Shown here one piece after another: positions 1 to 6,144 of a stretch of 39,681 nt of DNA; within the stretch, counting starts at the first letter, position 1, and every line of letters begins with the position of its first letter. Location of the stretch: NCBI GenBank assembly GCA_964634535.1, contig CAZWMF010000001.1, positions 1 to 39,681 of the forward strand, read 5' to 3'. Made by a program: the position numbers and the translations under genes. Under the pieces are notes generated by a model, which saw nothing but the letters and a program-made list of their open reading frames with translations, was not told the origin of the DNA and made no database searches. This DNA is from an uncultured Opitutaceae bacterium. GTDB lineage: Bacteria > Verrucomicrobiota > Verrucomicrobiia > Opitutales > Opitutaceae.

Positions 1-7
1 GGCCCGG

Positions 8-358
8 ATGATCAAACTCGAAGTCCGCCATGCCCAGGCGGCCGAAACCCCGGTTGCCGCGGCGCCCGCCGGGGCGTCCGGCGGACTCGAAGTCCCGCCC
101 TCGGCGCCGGCCCAGGACGTCGCGCCCGGGGTCCGCGTCTCCACCTTTCGCGTGCTGGTGGCCCCACCGGCCGGACCGTTCGTCCTATCGTCCGACGCCG
201 ATTGCGTGGCCGCGGTCGAACGGGAGACCGACTTGGCCGCCCGGTTGGCCGCGGGAGATTCCTTTGTCGCCGGCCGGCACCAGGTCTTTATCACCGGTTC
301 GACCCCCTATCCGGGGAGCCGGGCGCTCTATCACTGCGTCGCCGTAACCCACGGATAG
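8..358 (+). CDS. hypothetical protein (frame is open to the left window edge, so it may be the 3' part of a longer gene)
   Basis: ORF-track frame with strongly G/C-biased third codon positions. No motif I recognise. The competing 30..347 and 202..387 frames are Arg/Pro-rich junk. Confidence 0.35.
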   Translation: MIKLEVRHAQAAETPVAAAPAGASGGLEVPPSAPAQDVAPGVRVSTFRVLVAPPAGPFVLSSDADCVAAVERETDLAARLAAGDSFVAGRHQVFITGSTPYPGSRALYHCVAVTHG

Positions 359-501
359 CCGCGGGGCCGGGCGCTCGGCCGGACTGATTGTCGCCCAATC
401 GTAACCCGGCCGTCACGGGACCGTCATCGGACAGGGGTAGGTTATTCACAACCTATTAACAGCCGCCGCTCCGAACGCCTTTTTCGACGTCCATCGACCC
501 G

Positions 502-1638
502 GTGAATATCGCCCTCGTCACCGAAACATTCCCCCCCGAAGTCAACGGGGTGGCGATGACTTTCGGGGTCATCGCCGGCGAATTAGCCCGCCGCCGCCAC
601 CGGGTGACCGTCTACCGACCCCGGCGCCCCGATCCGCAGCCGACCGCCCACGCCGGATACCGGGAAGTGGCCATGCCGGGGATGCCCCTCCCCGGCTATT
701 CTTTTTTACGGCTGGGCCTTCCGGCCGGCGCGGCGTTCCGCCGCATCTGGCGCAAGGACCGGCCCGACGTCGTGCACGTCGTGACCGAGGGCCCCCTGGG
801 CGCCTCGGCCGTCCAGGCGGCCCGCAGTCTCAAGGTGCCGGTCACTTCGAGCTACCACACCCAGTTTCACGCCTACACCCGGCACTATGGGCTGGGACTA
901 TTCCGGGGACTCGCCATCGCCTGGCTGCGCCGGCTGCACAACCGAACGCTGCGCACGTTCGCTCCGACGCCGGAACTTTGCGCCGAGCTGAGCGAACTCG
1001 GTTTTGAACGGTTGAGCGTCATGTCCCGCGGCATCGATACCCGCCAGTTTGGCCCGTCGCGCCGGTCCGCCGACCTCCGCCAATCTTGGGGGGCCGGTCC
1101 CGACGATATCGTCGCGCTGCACGCCGGCCGCATGGCGGTCGAAAAAAATTATCCCCTTCTATTGCAGGCTTTTACAGCCATGCGTGCCGCCGAGCCCCGC
1201 CTCCGCTGCGTCCTGGTTGGCGACGGACCGCTCGCGCCGAGCCTCCGGCGGGATTTCTCCTGGGCCGCATTTGCCGGATTCATGAACCGCGATGAACTCG
1301 CACGGTATTACGCCTCGGCCGACGTCTACATTCACCCCAGCCTGACCGAAACCTTTGGCAACGTGCTGACCGAGGCGATGGCCAGCGGCCTGGCCGTGGC
1401 CGCATTCGACTACGCGGCGGCCCGGCAGTTCGTCCAAAACGAAGTCAACGGACTGACGGTGCCGTGCGACCGCCCCGACGATCTCGTGGCCGCCGGAGTT
1501 CGCCTGGTGCGGGACGCCGGCTTGCGCGAACGCCTGCGCCACGCGGCGGTCGCCTCGGTGGGACCGCTGTCGTGGGAGACCGTGGTCGCCCGCTTCGAAG
1601 AAGCCCTCGACGAATGCCGCCTACCGTCCTCATCCTGA
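502..1638 (+). CDS. glycosyltransferase, GT4 / 'group 1' family (GT-B fold)
   Basis: GTG start. The N-terminus MNIALVTETFPPEVNGVAMTF is typical of GT4 lipid/sugar transferases. The C-terminal half carries an E-x7-E motif (ETFGNVLTE) followed by AMASGLAV. Confidence 0.85.
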   Translation: MNIALVTETFPPEVNGVAMTFGVIAGELARRRHRVTVYRPRRPDPQPTAHAGYREVAMPGMPLPGYSFLRLGLPAGAAFRRIWRKDRPDVVHVVTEGPLGASAVQAARSLKVPVTSSYHTQFHAYTRHYGLGLFRGLAIAWLRRLHNRTLRTFAPTPELCAELSELGFERLSVMSRGIDTRQFGPSRRSADLRQSWGAGPDDIVALHAGRMAVEKNYPLLLQAFTAMRAAEPRLRCVLVGDGPLAPSLRRDFSWAAFAGFMNRDELARYYASADVYIHPSLTETFGNVLTEAMASGLAVAAFDYAAARQFVQNEVNGLTVPCDRPDDLVAAGVRLVRDAGLRERLRHAAVASVGPLSWETVVARFEEALDECRLPSSS

Positions 1639-2741
1639 CCGCCGGCTTCGGCGAAGGGCACAACGCCGCGGCCCGCGCCGTCGGCGCCGCCTGGGAAGAA
1701 CGGCACGGACCGTCCACCGCGCCCGTCGTCGACCTTTGCGCCGCGGCATCGCCCTGGCTCAACGCCTGGGGCCGGCGCGGCTATCTCGGAGCCATCAATC
1801 GCTTTCCCCGGTTTTGGCGCCGGGCCTACGGCTGGATGGACCGCTCGTCGGCCCTGCCGCGCAGCCTGCCCTACCTCATGCGGGACGAACTGCGGATTCT
1901 CGAACGGCGGCTGGCCGATCAACGGCCGGCGGCCGTGTGCAGCTCCTATCCGGCCTATGCCTTCCTGATCGAACGGCTGCGGCGGGACGGCCGATTCACC
2001 GGTCGGCACTACAACATCGTGACCGATTCGATCAGCATCAATTCACTCTGGTGGAGTGCGGGGGCCGACGGCTGGTTCCTGCCCAACGAGGATACCGCCG
2101 AGGCGATGCGAGGGGCCGGACTCGCCCCGGACAAGCTGCACGTCACCGGTTTTCCGGTGAACCTCTTCTTCTGCCGGCACGCCGGGGAATTCATGCCGCC
2201 GGAACCCGGGCCGGGCGTGGCCCCCCGCATCCTCTATATCGTCCACTCGGGCACGCATCGGGCGGAGGCGACCGCGGAGTTGCTCCTGGCCCAAGCGGAT
2301 TGGGACGTGACCTTTGCGGTGGGCCGGGACGAAGCATTGCGCCAGCGGCTGGAGCGCCGCGCGGCCGGCCGGCGCAGGCCCGCGCGGATACTCGGCTGGA
2401 CCGACACGGTGCCCGAACTGCTCATGACCCATCACCTGGTCATCAGCAAGGCCGGGGGAGCGACCACCCAGGAGGCGATTGCCGCCCGCTGCCCCATGAT
2501 CGTCAACCAGGTGGTGCCCGGTCAGGAGGAAGGCAACTACGAGCTGCTCCGGCGGCACAATGCGGGCATCCTGGCCCGGACGCCCGAGGCGATATTGGCC
2601 GCCGCGCGCGACGCGATGGCCGACGACGGGGCCGGCTGGCGCTCCTGGCGGCGCAATTTGGCCGAACTGTCCCGGCCGGATGCGGCCCGCCGCATCGTCC
2701 ACCATCTCTGTCCGGCGGGTGTTCCCGCCGCCTGTCCATGA
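1614..2741 (+). CDS. MGDG-synthase / UgtP-like diacylglycerol glycosyltransferase (GT28-like)
   Basis: I chose the internal ATG at 1614 because the first 50 codons of the 1464 ORF are Arg/Gly/Pro junk overlapping the previous gene. MPPTVLILTAGFGEGHNAAARAV is the typical N-terminus of this family. ISKAGGATTQEAIAARCPMIV matches the GT-B donor-binding region. The gene overlaps the GT4 gene by 25 nt. Confidence 0.75.
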   Translation: MPPTVLILTAGFGEGHNAAARAVGAAWEERHGPSTAPVVDLCAAASPWLNAWGRRGYLGAINRFPRFWRRAYGWMDRSSALPRSLPYLMRDELRILERRLADQRPAAVCSSYPAYAFLIERLRRDGRFTGRHYNIVTDSISINSLWWSAGADGWFLPNEDTAEAMRGAGLAPDKLHVTGFPVNLFFCRHAGEFMPPEPGPGVAPRILYIVHSGTHRAEATAELLLAQADWDVTFAVGRDEALRQRLERRAAGRRRPARILGWTDTVPELLMTHHLVISKAGGATTQEAIAARCPMIVNQVVPGQEEGNYELLRRHNAGILARTPEAILAAARDAMADDGAGWRSWRRNLAELSRPDAARRIVHHLCPAGVPAACP

Positions 2742-3712
2742 AAATCCGTTTCATCTTCAATCCGGCTTCCGGCCGCCTGCGGCGCGATTATCGATTGCGC
2801 GCGCTCCTGAAGGACTATGTGGGCCAGCCCGGCCACGACGCCGAACTGTGCATCACCGAGGGTCCGGGGCACGCCACCGTGTTGGCGCGCGAAGCGGTCG
2901 CCCGCGGTTGCCCCCGCATCGTGGCGGTGGGCGGCGACGGGACGCTCAACGAGGTCGCCCAGGCCATCGTGCGGACTCCGGCGGCGCTCGGCCTGATCCC
3001 CTGCGGTTCGGGCAATGGGCTCGCCCGCTATCTGCGACTGCCCGCCTCGCCTCGGAAGGCCCTCGCGATGCTGTCCCGGGAGACGCCGACCGTGGCCACG
3101 CTCGATTCGGGATTGGCCGACGGGCACCCGTTTTTCAACGCCATGGGCCTGGGCCTCGACGCCGAGGTCAGCCGCCAGTTCAACGGCCTGGTCAAGCGCG
3201 GCCTGCCGGCCTATTTGCGCACGGCGATCGCCGCTTACCGCCAGTGCGCGCGCGCCCGATTCACGATCGAGGACGGCCGTCAGCGCGAGACCGTGCCGGC
3301 CCTCTTGGTCGCGGTCGCCAATTCCGACCAATATGGAAACGATGCGCGGATCGCCCCGGGGGCCCGCGCCGACGACGGCCTGCTCGATCTGGTGACCATC
3401 CCGCCGGTCGGTCTCTTCGGCGCCGTCGGTTTGGCCGCCCGCCTGTTTCTGGGCGGCCTCGATCGGGCCCCGGGGGTTCACCACTGGCGCGCGGCCTCGT
3501 TTCGGATCGAACGGGCCGGGCCCGGCCTCATCCACACCGACGGGGAGACCCACCTGGCCGGACCGGTGGTCGAGGTGTCGGTGCTGGCCCAGAGCCTGCG
3601 GGTGCTCGTGCCGATCCGCCCGGTCGTCTCGCGACCGGAACCCTTGCCGATCTTTCAACCGACCCGCCGGGAGCCTTCGGCCGCGGCCTCGTCCTTCGCG
3701 CTCAAACTCTAG
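2738..3712 (+). CDS. diacylglycerol-kinase-family lipid kinase (YegS/BmrU-like)
   Basis: MKIRFIFNPASG... followed by the GGDGTLNE signature of the DAGK catalytic domain. The ATG at 2738 overlaps the upstream TGA as ATGA. Confidence 0.85.
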   Translation: MKIRFIFNPASGRLRRDYRLRALLKDYVGQPGHDAELCITEGPGHATVLAREAVARGCPRIVAVGGDGTLNEVAQAIVRTPAALGLIPCGSGNGLARYLRLPASPRKALAMLSRETPTVATLDSGLADGHPFFNAMGLGLDAEVSRQFNGLVKRGLPAYLRTAIAAYRQCARARFTIEDGRQRETVPALLVAVANSDQYGNDARIAPGARADDGLLDLVTIPPVGLFGAVGLAARLFLGGLDRAPGVHHWRAASFRIERAGPGLIHTDGETHLAGPVVEVSVLAQSLRVLVPIRPVVSRPEPLPIFQPTRREPSAAASSFALKL

Positions 3713-3735
3713 GCGCGGGCCAAATCCCGCCATCC

Positions 3736-4566
3736 ATGAAAAAACTACGCGTACGCACGGTGATCCTCTCGGACGTCCACCTCGGAACCCGCGAAAGCAA
3801 GGTTCGCGAGGTGAACCATTTCCTGCGGCACGTCCATTTCGCCAAATTGATTCTCAACGGGGATATCATCGACGGATGGCAGCTGCGCCGCACGGGCCAA
3901 TGGACCAAGGCCCATACGCGCTTCATCCGGATCGTCCTGAAGCGCCTGGAAAAGCGGGACTGCGAGGTCGTTTACTTGCGCGGCAACCACGACGACATCC
4001 TGTCCCGCTTCCTGCCCCTCGAATTCGAGCGCCTCTCGATCGTGGAGGACCATGTCCACGAAGGCCCGCTGGGCCGCTATCTCGTGCTGCACGGCGACGT
4101 CTTCGACACGGTGACCAAGAACTTCCTGTTCCTGTCGCATCTGGGCGACGCCGGGTACATCATGTTGCTCGAGATCAATCGCCTGTACAACAAGTGGCGG
4201 GCCTGGCGGGGTTTGGAATACTGGTCGCTCAGCAAGGCGATCAAAGCCAAGGTCAAGGAGGCCGTGAACCACATTTCCAAGTTTGAGAATCATGTGGCCC
4301 AACTGGCCAAGGAACGGGGCTGCGTCGGCGTGCTCTGCGGACACATCCACACGCCGGCCGACAAGATGATCGATGGAATCCACTACCTGAACTCGGGCGA
4401 CTGGGTCGAAACGCTCAGCGCCGTGGTGGAGCACTGGGACGGCCGCTACGAGCTGATCGATTTCGTCACGTTTGCCCGGACCTATCCGATGGAATCGGAA
4501 GAGGCCGAGGAAGCTCCGGAGCCCGAAGTCGAGCCGGTCTTGGCCGCGCCAGCGCCGCCGCAATAG
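3736..4566 (+). CDS. LpxH-family metallophosphoesterase (UDP-2,3-diacylglucosamine diphosphatase-like)
   Basis: Calcineurin-like motifs appear in order: SDVHLG, NGDIIDGW, LRGNHDD, LHGD, GHIHTP. This pattern is shared by COG2908/LpxH-type enzymes. The ATG at 3736 is internal to the 2560 ORF. The C-terminus is an acidic/Pro-rich tail. Confidence 0.7.
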   Translation: MKKLRVRTVILSDVHLGTRESKVREVNHFLRHVHFAKLILNGDIIDGWQLRRTGQWTKAHTRFIRIVLKRLEKRDCEVVYLRGNHDDILSRFLPLEFERLSIVEDHVHEGPLGRYLVLHGDVFDTVTKNFLFLSHLGDAGYIMLLEINRLYNKWRAWRGLEYWSLSKAIKAKVKEAVNHISKFENHVAQLAKERGCVGVLCGHIHTPADKMIDGIHYLNSGDWVETLSAVVEHWDGRYELIDFVTFARTYPMESEEAEEAPEPEVEPVLAAPAPPQ

Positions 4567-5848
4567 CCGCGCGGGTTTTTTCCACGGCGCCGCGATTGTC
4601 CTCGCGCCAGGCCAAGGCCGCCGCGCCCATGGCGGCGCCGACCGCCGGAGTGCGCAAAAGAGCGACGATTTCGGCGGACGCGGCGGCCGGCGACACGACG
4701 CGGGCGGCACCGCGGTCCAGCAGATCGCGGGCGATCGCGCGAAAATTGCCCATGCCCGGGCCAAACAGGATCGGCTTGCCGAGCGCGGCGGCCTCGACCG
4801 GCGTCTGCCCTTCGGTGTGAGGCGGCAGGCTCTTGCCGACAAACACCACGTCGGCCAGCTGCAGAAACTGCCGCAATTCCCCGGTCGTGTCGCCCACGGC
4901 GACGTCGACCGGTGCCGGCGCCGGCCCCCGAGAGCGCAGGTGCCAGCGCCAAGGGCTTGCCCCCAATTCGGCCGCCACGGCGTCGCGGCGTTCAGCGTGC
5001 CGGGGCACGAGCAAGAGCGACGCGTTCAGCCCCGCCGCTCGCGCGGCGGCCAAGGCGGACAGGAGAACCGTTTCCTCGCCCGGCCACGTGGACGCCCCCA
5101 CGATGACGAGACCATCCGCCAGCCCGAGTTCCCTCCGCAGCTGCGCCCGCGCAGATTCGCTCAACGTTGGAAATGCCACGTCGAGCTTGAGGTTGCCCGA
5201 GACGCTGAGCCGCGCGGCCGGCACCCCGAGCGCCCGAAACCGGGCCTCGTCCTGCCGGGACCCGGCCAGGATCTCCGTCAATCCGCCCAGCGCCAGCCGG
5301 GCGGCCGGCGGAAAACGCCGCATCCGGCCAAAGCTCCGGTCCGATATCCGAGCATTGATGCTCAACACGGGCACGCCCCGGCGGCGGGCCTGATGCGCAT
5401 GCTCCGGCCAGCGTTCGCCTTCGGTGAGCACGACCAAATCCGGCTCGATCCGCCGCCAGGCCCGCGCCGAAAACGGCCACCAGTCGATGGGGAAATACCC
5501 CAAACCGACCAACCCCTCAGCGTACCGCTCCCGCGCCAGGGCGTACCCCGTGCTCGTGGTCGTCGTCAAATAAACCTCCCACCCCTCCTCCTTTAACGCC
5601 TTCAAGAGCGGCCCGACCGCAAGCAACTCGCCCACGCTAACCGCCTGAAGCCATATCCGCGGAGCCCGCCGCCCCGGCAACCGGGGATGCGCCCCCAACC
5701 GCTGGGAGAAGTTTTCCCCATACCCCCCCCGCTTCCACATCCGCCGCACATACCTGGGCAATAGAATCAGGAAGGCCGGAACAAACAGAACGCGATACAG
5801 CCAAAGCACCCCTGATTCTTCCCCACTCCTCCTCCATTTCCAATCCAT
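4466..5848 (-). CDS. waaA: 3-deoxy-D-manno-octulosonic acid (Kdo) transferase
   Basis: The N-terminal membrane anchor is followed by IWLQAVSVGE, the hallmark HxxSxGE-type motif region of KdtA/WaaA. The rest shows GT-B architecture (VFVGKSL...GQTPVEAAALGKPILFGP). Confidence 0.85.
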   Translation of the reverse strand: MDWKWRRSGEESGVLWLYRVLFVPAFLILLPRYVRRMWKRGGYGENFSQRLGAHPRLPGRRAPRIWLQAVSVGELLAVGPLLKALKEEGWEVYLTTTTSTGYALARERYAEGLVGLGYFPIDWWPFSARAWRRIEPDLVVLTEGERWPEHAHQARRRGVPVLSINARISDRSFGRMRRFPPAARLALGGLTEILAGSRQDEARFRALGVPAARLSVSGNLKLDVAFPTLSESARAQLRRELGLADGLVIVGASTWPGEETVLLSALAAARAAGLNASLLLVPRHAERRDAVAAELGASPWRWHLRSRGPAPAPVDVAVGDTTGELRQFLQLADVVFVGKSLPPHTEGQTPVEAAALGKPILFGPGMGNFRAIARDLLDRGAARVVSPAAASAEIVALLRTPAVGAAMGAAALAWREDNRGAVEKTRAAIAAALARPRPARLRAPELPRPLPIPSDRSGQT

Positions 5849-5913
5849 TTTCCACTCCCCACCCTCCCCAGTCGCCCCTAGGGGCGTCGCACTTACCCCC
5901 CTTGAGTAGGGTC

Positions 5914-6088
5914 CCGTCGCCGTGCGAATTAGTCTGGCCCTACCGGGGCGTTGCGTCGCTCATCAACCCTCTCCTGGCTGGACTGCGACACCAGCTCCAC
6001 TGCGCGGATCACTGCGGGCCGGTTTGAGGGTTGTCTGGGCCTTGCGACGCTTGCCCCGGTAGGGCCGGACTAATTCGCACGGCGACGG
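5914..6088 (+). repeat. 175-nt palindromic/structured intergenic element, copy A (candidate structured RNA)
   Basis: 5914-5949 pairs with 6053-6088 over 36 consecutive positions (35 Watson-Crick plus one G-U, t5935-g6067). Inner helices are 5953-5959/6044-6050, 5964-5971/6026-6033, 5973-5974/6021-6022 and 5976-5979/6017-6020. The paralogue lies at 15865-16039. Confidence 0.7.
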
Positions 6089-6144
6089 CGCCCGGCGTCA
6101 TCAGCTGGGTTGAAAACAACCAAACTTTGCGCCATCAGACCCCC

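Noticed and set aside
1464-1613. Long N-terminal extensions implied by the ORF-track starts: 1464 for the GT28 gene, 1736 for the lipid kinase, 2560 for the LpxH-like gene, 15939 for the RecO-like gene, 17291 for the helicase, 18526 for the S8 protease, 24598 for GH31, 33671 for pyrR, 34009 for pyrB, 35367 for pyrC and 36623 for CPBP.
   Set aside because: The extensions are Arg/Pro/Gly junk that overlaps the preceding genes. Internal ATG or GTG codons give N-termini that match the expected family starts or signal peptides, and they often sit in ATGA/TGATG coupling with the upstream stop.
5914-6088. Whether the 175-nt elements are 6S RNA, a riboswitch, a retron msr/msd, a terminator or a classical MITE.
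   Set aside because: - 6S RNA: there is no large central bubble, and 6S is normally single-copy.
- Riboswitch: those lack 36-bp perfect closing stems.
- Retron: no reverse transcriptase is nearby.
- Terminator: copy A lies between two divergent gene starts, so there is nothing for it to terminate.
- Classical MITE: I found no target-site duplications, and the terminal arms differ between copies while staying complementary, unlike conserved MITE terminal inverted repeats.

None of these can be fully excluded without genome-wide data.
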